From the NCBI GenBank assembly GCA_963805085.1, contig CAWDTA010000002.1:1344001-1408000 (forward strand): a stretch of 64,000 bases of DNA, in the 5' to 3' direction. Below the pieces are notes generated by a model. The model worked only from the letters and a program-made list of their open reading frames with translations. It was not told the origin of the DNA and did not search any database. A program made the position numbers and the translations under genes. The stretch's first letter is position 1, and each line of letters begins with the position of its first letter. The stretch comes from an uncultured Veillonellaceae bacterium. GTDB taxonomy: Bacteria; Bacillota; Negativicutes; JARBTT01. Of the stretch, positions 1 through 8,626 are shown piece after piece.

Positions 1-254
1 ATAATTTTCCCGTCTACCTGAAACGCCAACTGACTTTCATATCGTCCGCGCACTTCGCCGGAATATGTATATCCTTGCGAGGATTCTGCAACTTTGACTA
101 CGGTTGTTTGGACTAAAGGCATATCGGTTACAACCGCTTTTGTCTGATTCTGTGCTTTCCATACCATACCTCCCGCGATACATATTCCTAATACCGTTGT
201 TGCTAAAATGTAATATAATTGCTTTTTGGATATTAGATCGTTTAACTGTTTCAT
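1..254 (-). CDS. RND efflux periplasmic adaptor (membrane fusion protein), 5' part; runs off the window edge
   Basis: Manual translation from ATG at 254 (GAGGAG SD upstream): MKQLNDLISKKQLYYILATTVLGICIAGGMVWK...YTYSGEVRGRYESQLAFQVDGKII. One N-terminal TM followed by the typical 'L.F.V.GKI' MFP motif. Confidence 0.8.
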   Translation of the reverse strand, partial: MKQLNDLISKKQLYYILATTVLGICIAGGMVWKAQNQTKAVVTDMPLVQTTVVKVAESSQGYTYSGEVRGRYESQLAFQVDGKI

Positions 255-258
255 TCTT

Positions 259-480
259 TCACTCCTCATTTGTGTCATTTCTTAAAGGGACAAACTTGAT
301 CGAAGGTTTTTCATAAGAGTAGACATGAATCATTTTGCCATCGTTGATTAACTCGACTTTTCCTAGCTGCCTGCCTTCCCATTCCCATGTTTGGACAAGG
401 TCGGAAACAAGTTTATTGATTTTTTCTCGAGGCAATGTCGAATCTGCCAAGACGGGTATGCCATGAATGATATTACACAT
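259..480 (-). CDS. Small hypothetical protein (73 aa), co-oriented with the efflux adaptor
   Basis: ORF with AGGAGG SD; stop lies 4 nt upstream of the adaptor start. Confidence 0.65.
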   Translation of the reverse strand: MCNIIHGIPVLADSTLPREKINKLVSDLVQTWEWEGRQLGKVELINDGKMIHVYSYEKPSIKFVPLRNDTNEE

Positions 481-658
481 TTGAATTGTTCCTCCTAATC
501 AAAAAGTTAAGTGAATAACCGACTTAGTAAATTTTTTTATTATGAATAAATTAAGATAATAAAAAATTTTATTGGACAAAGATAGATGAATAGTTTCAAT
601 AAATAACTTATTTTTGTACCATGAATTACAATTTCGGTATTTCGGGTACAAAAATGCA

Positions 659-690
659 TTTTTAAATCGCACAAAAGTGCGATTTAAAAA
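659..690 (-). terminator. Intrinsic terminator after tetR
   Basis: Hairpin TTTTTAAATCGCAC-aaaa-GTGCGATTTAAAAA. Confidence 0.65.
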
Positions 691-708
691 ATAACAAAAG
701 GGAAAAAT

Positions 709-1272
709 TTATTTTTTATGAGGGAGTAAACCGAAGACGATAATATCAGTCATTGCAGATAATGCATCTGCAGATGTCATGTTACTTTCCTCGAGAAATT
801 GGTGGCTTAATAGATCATTCATAGTACTGGTTACGATTTGCTTAAATACGGATACATTGATTGGCCGTATTGAGTTACTTTCGATGGCTTCGTCGATAAG
901 GTATTTCAAATGCTTTAGATGCTTTTGACGAGCCTCTGATACCAATTGCCATTCATCAGGATAATAGTGGCCAAGATCATCATAGATGCGAGGACTGTTA
1001 ATTGGACCAAATACTTTTGGCGAGATTTTAAGTAAGCCTTGAATTTTTTCCACAATCGATAGATTGGAGTTGTTACAAATTTCTTGTTCTTGAGTTTGAA
1101 CATCCTTGATGGCTGTAATTAAAATGTCATGCACAAGTTCATTTTTGGAGGCAAAATGATCATATAAAGAAGTTTTGCTTATACTAAGACGCCTTGCTAG
1201 GTCGCTCATGGTAAATTTTACGCCGCGGATTTTCATCTCGTCGGCAGCGGCCATGAGAATTTGATTACGCAA
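709..1272 (-). CDS. TetR/AcrR family regulator, probable efflux operon regulator
   Basis: N-terminal HTH 'FTMSDLARRLSISKTSLYDHFASKNEL'. Confidence 0.9.
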   Translation of the reverse strand: MRNQILMAAADEMKIRGVKFTMSDLARRLSISKTSLYDHFASKNELVHDILITAIKDVQTQEQEICNNSNLSIVEKIQGLLKISPKVFGPINSPRIYDDLGHYYPDEWQLVSEARQKHLKHLKYLIDEAIESNSIRPINVSVFKQIVTSTMNDLLSHQFLEESNMTSADALSAMTDIIVFGLLPHKK

Positions 1273-1618
1273 AATTATATCACCTCAATCAGTTTGTACC
1301 CAAAAGACAAAATTGGTACTGTAAGTTCCAGAATATACTACTTTTTAACATCTGTCAATAATCATTGGTTATGGAAAGGGACACGAGGAGAGTTTCGTCA
1401 GGGGATGATAGACCGCATTTTAAAGCGTGCCTCTGATCGATTAGTAGCAGTTAAGAAATCTTGATATATTAAAATAAAAAATAAATATGTAAGCTCTTTT
1501 CGTTTTATATACGAATGTAGAACTTACACATTTATTTTTTCACGCGTTTGTGGTGGAGAAAATTTGCTTGTTTAAAAAAGCAGTTTACACAAAATTATCT
1601 GGGAGGCCATTAGCATTT

Positions 1619-2524
1619 TTAATCAACGGTGTTTTCTTCATTTTGAACATTATCATTTGTTACTTTGATGCTAGATTCATCTTCGGATTTCTTCTGGCTG
1701 TTATGTACCTTTTTGCCATCAGAGTTTATTTGCTGACTGCTATCTGTATCGACCTTAGTATCACTATTGTCCTTGCCTTTATTTATTGCATCATCTACAT
1801 AAGACCGATTGTATGCATCGGTCAGCATTTTACTTACTACTGCTACAGTCGAAGTGGCAGCAGAGTTCGTTTCTTTTCTTGCTTCTACCTCATCAGTTGC
1901 TTCCGTCGCCTTCATGTCGCTTGCCATCTGATCAGCCTTTTCTTGCCGCGATTGCGTTTCTAATTTAGCTCGATAATCGCTTGCCGCTTTTTGATCTATT
2001 TTTATTGCCCGAATATCTTGTTTATAGCCGCCTACTCTAGTGCTCACCATCATCTGCTCATCTGGCGACATAGTATCTATATTCTTTGTCAAGGCTGATA
2101 TTTTATCGTTGATTTCGTTGATTTTATCATCAGGCGTTTTAGTTTCATTTGTAAGTTTGTTGATTTCATCTTGGATGGTTTGTTTGTCATCGTCAGTAAG
2201 CTTGCCATCGTCCTCGTCAAGCAGTTTCTGCAAATCATCTTTAACCTGCAACTTGTCCTTTCGTTCCTGTTCCTTTGCATCCAGCTCGTTGAGTTTATCC
2301 GTAGCCTCACCGGTACTTTCTTTCTGTACTACATCATGTTTTAGCTGTTCACTTTTCGTTTGGGCTTCTTTTCCTTTATCGCTGATGGTAACATTGAACG
2401 CTGTCGCAATCTGTGATGTCCCTAGAAGAGTCTGGGCTGCTCCAGCAGAAGTTTTATTAACAGTCAGCGCATTATTGCTATTAGTAGTTAAAGAGTGTAA
2501 GGCACTTTGTTTCTGAATCTGCAT
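1619..2524 (-). CDS. Hydrophilic coiled-coil hypothetical protein (possibly FlxA-like / exported)
   Basis: Start moved to ATG 2524 (GGAGG SD). S/T/N-rich N-terminus, 'FNVTISDKGK' motif, D/E/K-rich coiled coil. Confidence 0.6.
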   Translation of the reverse strand: MQIQKQSALHSLTTNSNNALTVNKTSAGAAQTLLGTSQIATAFNVTISDKGKEAQTKSEQLKHDVVQKESTGEATDKLNELDAKEQERKDKLQVKDDLQKLLDEDDGKLTDDDKQTIQDEINKLTNETKTPDDKINEINDKISALTKNIDTMSPDEQMMVSTRVGGYKQDIRAIKIDQKAASDYRAKLETQSRQEKADQMASDMKATEATDEVEARKETNSAATSTVAVVSKMLTDAYNRSYVDDAINKGKDNSDTKVDTDSSQQINSDGKKVHNSQKKSEDESSIKVTNDNVQNEENTVD

Positions 2525-2889
2525 CGTATAACCTCCTTGTATTTCAGATACAGCTATTTTCATCCTTAAAAACTTATTCTTTTGCTAGTATCTACATGTA
2601 TAATATATCACAATTAAGTTAATTTGTAAAATTAAGGAATATATGAGCCTTTTTTCTAGAAATATGGGAACAGAGAATCAAAAGTGCCCGAGTAACGGTG
2701 TATTGCTTTTGTTTTATAAAGTAACGCATGATATTTTTAGCTAAAGAAATAATCGCTTATATTGCGTATGTATCGGACAAATATTTTTGTTCAACTATGA
2801 ATTAAATTCATTTTTTATTGAAATATTCACTAGATGAAGTATAATTAAAAGAGTTATACTTTTTATGAATTTTAGAGGAGGCAATTTAA

Positions 2890-3489
2890 GTGGTTGATTC
2901 AATAAATCGTCGGGAAAGAAAAAAGATTAATTCGAAAAAAGCTATTGTTGATGCTGCTGTAAAATTGTTTAGCCAAAAGGGGTATCAGGAAACGGCAGTT
3001 GCGGATATTATGAATGAGGCTGATTTGGGGATTGGGACGTTCTATAATTATTTTCAGTCCAAAGAAGAAATTTTGAAAAGTTTACTTTCAGAAATTGTGG
3101 AAGAGATCAATGCATTTTATGAGACTTTGTTAAAAGAGCCAAAGCCAGTTGCGGAAATATTGACGGAAATGTTTTTACTTACGGCTAAAATTTTAGATGA
3201 AAATAGATTCGTTTTGCCATTGTTTCTAAGTGCTGCTCATAAAAGAGCAATGCCAAAAGAGCATATGCCTGCGACAAATGGTTTAACCTTTAAGAGTATT
3301 TTTGATATTATCATCAAAAATGGTCAGAAAAAAGGCGAGTTTCGGCAGGATATTCCAGCTGAATTGATTGCGGAGATGTTCCATTCTGTGTTTCAAGCGG
3401 CTTCCTTTAGTAGCTTAGAAATGAGCTTTATGACGAATATTAAATATAAATTAATGCTTATACTAGATGGAATCGTTTTGAAAAAATAA
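2890..3489 (+). CDS. TetR/AcrR family regulator
   Basis: 'RRERKK...AVKLFSQKGYQETAVADIMNEADLGIGTFYNYF' TetR HTH. Confidence 0.92.
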   Translation: MVDSINRRERKKINSKKAIVDAAVKLFSQKGYQETAVADIMNEADLGIGTFYNYFQSKEEILKSLLSEIVEEINAFYETLLKEPKPVAEILTEMFLLTAKILDENRFVLPLFLSAAHKRAMPKEHMPATNGLTFKSIFDIIIKNGQKKGEFRQDIPAELIAEMFHSVFQAASFSSLEMSFMTNIKYKLMLILDGIVLKK

Positions 3490-3555
3490 TATTTACAATG
3501 TTTTTTTCCACAAAATGTCGCTAAGATATTTTGTACATATTTTAAAAATGATTGA

Positions 3556-3624
3556 TTGACCAAAAGAAGAAATACTGATAAGATAAAAATAAATGAATGC
3601 TATTCACTTATGAGTAGTATTCTA
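3556..3624 (+). promoter_or_regulatory. sigmaA-like promoter (TTGACC-17-TAAGAT) followed by a TGAAT-N3-ATTCA operator upstream of ahbC
   Basis: ATGAATGCTATTCAC at 3593-3607; the same palindrome (ATGAATTAAATTCAT) lies at 2797-2811 upstream of tetR. Confidence 0.5.
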
Positions 3625-3729
3625 TTTTTTGCAGTGGTATAATTGAAATATATTATATTTGGAATTTTTATAAATTTTGTGTACTTAAGTAGTATATTAA
3701 AGAGAGATATTTGTAGGTGAAATGAAAAG

Positions 3730-4908
3730 ATGATAAGTGTTACTAAACTATTATTTGCAACGGAATACTTTGGAGACTCTTTGCGTTATACAAAAGGAGC
3801 AAAAGCTGCTCGTCATGGGGTAAGAGAAGGAGCAGGCCCGGTTGTTGTTTGGAATTCTACCCGTACTTGTAACTTGACATGTCGTCATTGTTACATGAGT
3901 TCTGATGCGAAAAAATATCAAAATGAATTGACTACAGTGGAAGCAAAACAGTTCATTGATGATTTAGCAGAGTTTAATGTACCTGTACTGTTATTTTCCG
4001 GTGGCGAACCTTTAATCAGACCAGATTTTTTTGAGCTTGCAACCTATGCGGCTGAAAAAGGAGTAAGACCGACACTTTCTACAAATGGTACTTTGATTAC
4101 GCGGGAAGTTGCGCAAAAAATCAAAGATATCGGTGTGGGCTATGTGGGGATTTCTTTAGATGGTTTACGTGAAGTAAATGATAAGTTCCGTGGTAAAGAA
4201 GGCGCGTTTGAAGCTGCAATGCAAGGAATCAAAAACTGTGTTGCTGTTGGACAACGAGTAGGTTTACGTTTCACGATCAATCATCACAACATACAAGAAC
4301 TTGATCAGATTTTTGACTTTATTGAAGAAGAAAATATCGACCGTGTTTGTTTCTATCATTTGGTGTATTCCGGTCGTGGCAATGCAATGATGGCGGAAGA
4401 TGTAACGCCAGAGGAATCACGCAAAGCAATGGATACGATTATTCGTCGTACCAAGGACTTTGAAGCACGTGGTTTGAAAAAAGAAATCTTAACAGTAGAC
4501 AACCATTGTGATGGAGTTTACATGTATATAAAAGCGCTTGCTGAAGGCGACGAAGCATTAGCAGCTCAGATCAAAGAGTATATTTCGATGAATGGTGGAA
4601 ATCGTTCAGGAATTGCCTTTGGTGAAGTTGACCCTATGGGGTATGTACATCCAGACCAATTTACACAACACCATACATTCGGTAATGTTCGCGAACGTAA
4701 ATTCAGTGAAATTTGGCAAGATGAATCCCACGAACTTTTAGCTGGTTTAAAGGATCGTAAGCATTTATTAAAAGGTCGTTGCAGTAAGTGTCAGTACCTA
4801 GATAATTGTAATGGTAACTTTAGAACACGTGCCGAAGCAACTACAGGCGATTTCTGGGAATCAGATCCTGCTTGTTACTTAACAGATGAAGAAATCGGCT
4901 TAAAATAA
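3730..4908 (+). CDS. ahbC: Radical SAM/SPASM protein NirJ1/AhbC (Fe-coproporphyrin synthase, alternative heme pathway)
   Basis: CNLTCRHC SAM motif, 'GPVVVWNSTRTCNL', C-terminal 'DFWESDPACY'; followed by an AhbD-like gene. Confidence 0.85.
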   Translation: MISVTKLLFATEYFGDSLRYTKGAKAARHGVREGAGPVVVWNSTRTCNLTCRHCYMSSDAKKYQNELTTVEAKQFIDDLAEFNVPVLLFSGGEPLIRPDFFELATYAAEKGVRPTLSTNGTLITREVAQKIKDIGVGYVGISLDGLREVNDKFRGKEGAFEAAMQGIKNCVAVGQRVGLRFTINHHNIQELDQIFDFIEEENIDRVCFYHLVYSGRGNAMMAEDVTPEESRKAMDTIIRRTKDFEARGLKKEILTVDNHCDGVYMYIKALAEGDEALAAQIKEYISMNGGNRSGIAFGEVDPMGYVHPDQFTQHHTFGNVRERKFSEIWQDESHELLAGLKDRKHLLKGRCSKCQYLDNCNGNFRTRAEATTGDFWESDPACYLTDEEIGLK

Positions 4909-4936
4909 AACTTGATAGTTTGAGGAGAGACGAACG

Positions 4937-5929
4937 ATGATTATTTCTTGGAATACAACAAATGCATGTAATATGTACTGCGATCATTGTTATAGAGACG
5001 CTGGCTGTAAGGCTGAAGAGGAGCTCAATACTGAGGAAGCAAAAACGCTTTTGGATCAAATAGCAAAAGCTGGTTTTAAAATCATGATTTTCAGTGGTGG
5101 TGAACCACTGATGCGTACTGATATCATTGAGTTGGTAAAACATGCGACCGCTTTGGGCTTGCGTTCGGTATTTGGTACCAATGGTACGCTGATTACGGAA
5201 GAAATGGCGCAAAAATTAAAAGATGCTGGTGCGATGGGAATGGGAATTTCCTTGGATTCACTGGATAAAGCAAAACATAATCAATTCCGTAAGTTTCCAG
5301 ATGCTTGGGAAGGTGCAGTGCGTGGTATGCGCAATTGCCGTAAGGTTGGTCTGCCTTTCCAAATTCATACGACAGTTATGGATTGGAACTCTCATGAGAT
5401 CGAAGCAATCACTGATTTTGCTGTAGAAGAAGGCGCGGTTGCGCATCATTTCTTTTTCTTAGTGCCAACTGGTCGGGCGACTTCTATTGAAACAGAATCA
5501 CTACGCGCAGAGGCTTATGAAGATACTTTAACGCGGATTATGAATAAGCAAAAGGAAGTAAGCATTGAGTTAAAACCAACTTGTGCACCGCAATTTATGC
5601 GGATTGCAAAACAAATGGGCATGAAACTACGTTTTGGTCGTGGCTGTTTGGCAGGAACTTCTTATTGTATTATCAGCCCACGTGGACAAGTACAGCCATG
5701 TGCGTATTTAAATCTTCCACTTGGTGATGTTCGCGAAACACCATTTGATGAAATTTGGAAGAACAACGAAGTGTTAAATGAACTTCGCACTTTGAAATAC
5801 AAGGGCGGCTGTGGTAGCTGCGAATACAAACAAGCGTGTGGCGGTTGTCGTGCGCGGGCGGCTTACTATCACGAAGGCGACTACATGGCAGAAGAACCAT
5901 GGTGTTTATACCATGGGCGCAAAGGATAA
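4937..5929 (+). CDS. ahbD: Radical SAM/SPASM protein NirJ2/AhbD (heme b synthase)
   Basis: 'IISWNTTNACNMYCDHCYRDAG', 'KPTCAPQFMR', SPASM 'CGSCEYKQACGGCRARA'. Confidence 0.85.
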   Translation: MIISWNTTNACNMYCDHCYRDAGCKAEEELNTEEAKTLLDQIAKAGFKIMIFSGGEPLMRTDIIELVKHATALGLRSVFGTNGTLITEEMAQKLKDAGAMGMGISLDSLDKAKHNQFRKFPDAWEGAVRGMRNCRKVGLPFQIHTTVMDWNSHEIEAITDFAVEEGAVAHHFFFLVPTGRATSIETESLRAEAYEDTLTRIMNKQKEVSIELKPTCAPQFMRIAKQMGMKLRFGRGCLAGTSYCIISPRGQVQPCAYLNLPLGDVRETPFDEIWKNNEVLNELRTLKYKGGCGSCEYKQACGGCRARAAYYHEGDYMAEEPWCLYHGRKG

Positions 5930-6012
5930 ATCATTATAAAACTTAAGGGCAGAGCATCTATAGAACATTTTGTTCAATCAATAGGTGCGCTGCCCTTTCT
6001 TTATTATTGCAA

Positions 6013-6194
6013 AACAGATAATTTGCAATGAAAAGCAACAAGTCGGCAAAAGACGAATCTCAAGTTAGACTATATTCAAAGACCGCAATGAAGGCTAAAC
6101 TCCCTATGGTCAAACAAAAAGCCTTCAAAGCTATGAGTAGTAAGATTCGTCTATGTTGCCTTGGTTGAAAAGTTTTCATTGTAAACTATCTGTT
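6013..6194. repeat. Structured intergenic repeat (REP/MITE-like or ncRNA), copy A
   Basis: Nested inverted repeats around the core AAACTCCCtatGGTCAAACA; homologous to 13045-13199. Confidence 0.7.
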
Positions 6195-6395
6195 GCTGAT
6201 TATAATGAGTTACAATAAAAAGCAAAAAGTGCCAAGAGACGATTTTTAGATTAGCTTTAATTCAAAAATTATTTGTTTGTGTTTACAATTTTCGTTTATT
6301 TTAGGGAAAGAATAAAAAATAATTACAACTCATGGTATACTTATAAGGTGTTATTTTTATGATTTTTCGCACTGAATGATAAAAGGGGAAATGAT

Positions 6396-7193
6396 ATGAT
6401 AAAGCTGATTATGACGGATATGGATGGTACTTTACTGGACGAAAAAGGTGAATTGCCAATTGAGTTAGGTGAGATTGTACCACAACTGAGGGATAAGGGA
6501 ATTTTGTTTGCTGCGGCGAGTGGGCGGCAATATTATAAATTATTGGACACGTTTGATGAGTATAAAGATGAAATGCTTTTTTTAGCGGAAAATGGAACTT
6601 ATGTTGTCTATAAAGGACAAGAATTATTTTCTAATGGCATGTCAAAAGAAACGGTAGAGGGTATTTTAAAAATCGCGAGAAATATTCCTGATACGCATAT
6701 TTTGGTTTCTGGTAAAAAGAAAGGCTATTGTGAGGCTCCAACTACAAAATTTATCGATGAGCTTGAACTCTATTATGCACGTTATGAAGTGGTGGAAGAT
6801 TTCTTGTCAGTCGATGATGATTTCTTAAAAATCGCTATTTTTGATGATAAAGGTGCTGAGCATAATAGTAGCCATTACTTTAATGCGTATCGTGATCAAT
6901 TACAGGTAAGTGTGAGTGCCAAGCATTGGCTGGATATTATGAATCGAGGTGCAAATAAAGGGGTAGCGGTGAAACAAATTCAAGAGCATTTTGGTTTTAC
7001 CGGAGAAGAAACCATGGTATTTGGCGATTACCTCAATGATTTGGAAATGATGTCGGCTGCATACTATAGCTATGCGATGGAAAATGCGCATCCCGATGTG
7101 AAAAAAGCGGCCCGCTTTATGGCTAAAACGAATCGCGAGCATGGTGTAATTCAGGTGATACAGGGAAAAGTTTTAGACCAATTGAAAAAGTAG
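6396..7193 (+). CDS. Cof-type HAD-IIB hydrolase
   Basis: DMDGTLL, ASGR, NKG and FGDYLND motifs. Confidence 0.92.
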   Translation: MIKLIMTDMDGTLLDEKGELPIELGEIVPQLRDKGILFAAASGRQYYKLLDTFDEYKDEMLFLAENGTYVVYKGQELFSNGMSKETVEGILKIARNIPDTHILVSGKKKGYCEAPTTKFIDELELYYARYEVVEDFLSVDDDFLKIAIFDDKGAEHNSSHYFNAYRDQLQVSVSAKHWLDIMNRGANKGVAVKQIQEHFGFTGEETMVFGDYLNDLEMMSAAYYSYAMENAHPDVKKAARFMAKTNREHGVIQVIQGKVLDQLKK

Positions 7194-7225
7194 TTGTGAT
7201 AAGTTGAAGTGAAGGGATTTGTTAA

Positions 7226-8083
7226 TTGATGAAGTTTGATTATCATATGCATTTTGAATATGGCAGTTATGATTTAGAGTGGGTAAAGGGCTTTTTTGAT
7301 AGCGCTCAAACGCGTGGTATTGCAGAAATCGGCATTTCTGAGCATAGCCATGGCTTTGTAGAGTTTAAGGATTTGTATTATGATGAGCTCATTTTAGATG
7401 ATAGTATCGTTGGTGAATATCAAAAGAAATGGCTAACAAAAAATAAATTTAAATATAGCTTGGATGACTATTTTCATTTTATGAATATGCTCAAAGGGAA
7501 AGGCTATCCAGTCAAGACAGGCATCGAAATTTGTAATTTTAGGAATCAAGCACGTGTCAAAGAAATCATTGCAAACTACAATTTTGATTATGTAATTGGA
7601 TCGGTACATTTTCTCAAAGGTTGGGGCTATGATTTCGCTGATATTAAGTCGGAATGGAATAACCATTCTTTAGCAGATATTTATACTTGGTATGCTGAGG
7701 AAATTGAAAATCTCTGTAATGGCGCGCTTTATGATGTACTTGGGCATCCTTTCAATATTAGATTGTTTAAAAATATCCCTGATTTCGATGTTACACCAGT
7801 GCTGGAGCGAGTTGCAAGTGCATTAAGTAAGGCGAATATGGCGATTGATATTAACACGGGGACACTTTATCGTTATCCAATTGCTGAAATTTCTCCTTAT
7901 CCGGATTTCTTAAAAATAGCAAAGAAACACAACTTGCCAATCATCACTTCTTCCGATGCGCATCAACCAGAAGATTGTGGACGCTATATTGATAAAGCGG
8001 TAGAGTACGCAGAAGCCTATGGTTATGATAGCGTATTGACATTTAGCAATAGAAAAGCGATTGCGAGAAAATTTGCTGAGTAA
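7226..8083 (+). CDS. PHP-domain histidinol-phosphatase (HisJ/HisK family)
   Basis: DYHMH, ISEH, GSVHF and SSDAH motifs. Confidence 0.85.
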   Translation: MMKFDYHMHFEYGSYDLEWVKGFFDSAQTRGIAEIGISEHSHGFVEFKDLYYDELILDDSIVGEYQKKWLTKNKFKYSLDDYFHFMNMLKGKGYPVKTGIEICNFRNQARVKEIIANYNFDYVIGSVHFLKGWGYDFADIKSEWNNHSLADIYTWYAEEIENLCNGALYDVLGHPFNIRLFKNIPDFDVTPVLERVASALSKANMAIDINTGTLYRYPIAEISPYPDFLKIAKKHNLPIITSSDAHQPEDCGRYIDKAVEYAEAYGYDSVLTFSNRKAIARKFAE

Positions 8084-8131
8084 AGAATTTGGCGAAGGAA
8101 GTTTGTGGCCTGACCACGTGGAGGGGTTACA

Positions 8132-8605
8132 ATGGTAAAAGAAATTTTATTATTGGGTAATGAAAAACTATATGAAACAAGTGTAAAAATTGATCAAGAA
8201 GAACTTAGCAATCTCAAAGTAGTTGTCGATGATCTGCATGATACATTGCTAGAGTTTCGAAAAACCTATGGCGCTGGTCGGGCGATTGCTGCACCGCAAA
8301 TCGGTGTTCAAAAAAGATTGCTGTATATGTTTATTGATAAACCCGTTGTTTTTATCAATCCGATCTTAGAATTTACTGATGGAGAAATGATGGACGTTAT
8401 GGATGATTGTATGTCGTTTCCGCATTTGTTGGTAAAAGTAAAGCGGTATAAACATTGCAAAATAAAATACCAAGATATGAATTGGCAAGATTGTGAAATG
8501 GAATTAGACGGCGATTTGGCGGAGTTGTTGCAGCATGAGTATGATCATTTGGATGGTATTTTGGCAACGATGCGAGCAATCGACAAAGAATCATTTTTAT
8601 TATAA
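8132..8605 (+). CDS. def: Peptide deformylase (motifs 1 and 2 variant)
   Basis: GRAIAAPQIG, DDCMSF and QHEYDHLDG. Confidence 0.85.
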   Translation: MVKEILLLGNEKLYETSVKIDQEELSNLKVVVDDLHDTLLEFRKTYGAGRAIAAPQIGVQKRLLYMFIDKPVVFINPILEFTDGEMMDVMDDCMSFPHLLVKVKRYKHCKIKYQDMNWQDCEMELDGDLAELLQHEYDHLDGILATMRAIDKESFLL

Positions 8606-8626
8606 TTAGCCATAGAGGTGTGAGCT

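Noticed and set aside
1550-2516. Plus-strand ORFs (137, 60, 158 aa) over the coiled-coil gene, and similar short antisense or nested ORFs throughout the track
   Set aside because: Shadow ORFs of well-supported genes, with no SD or motifs.
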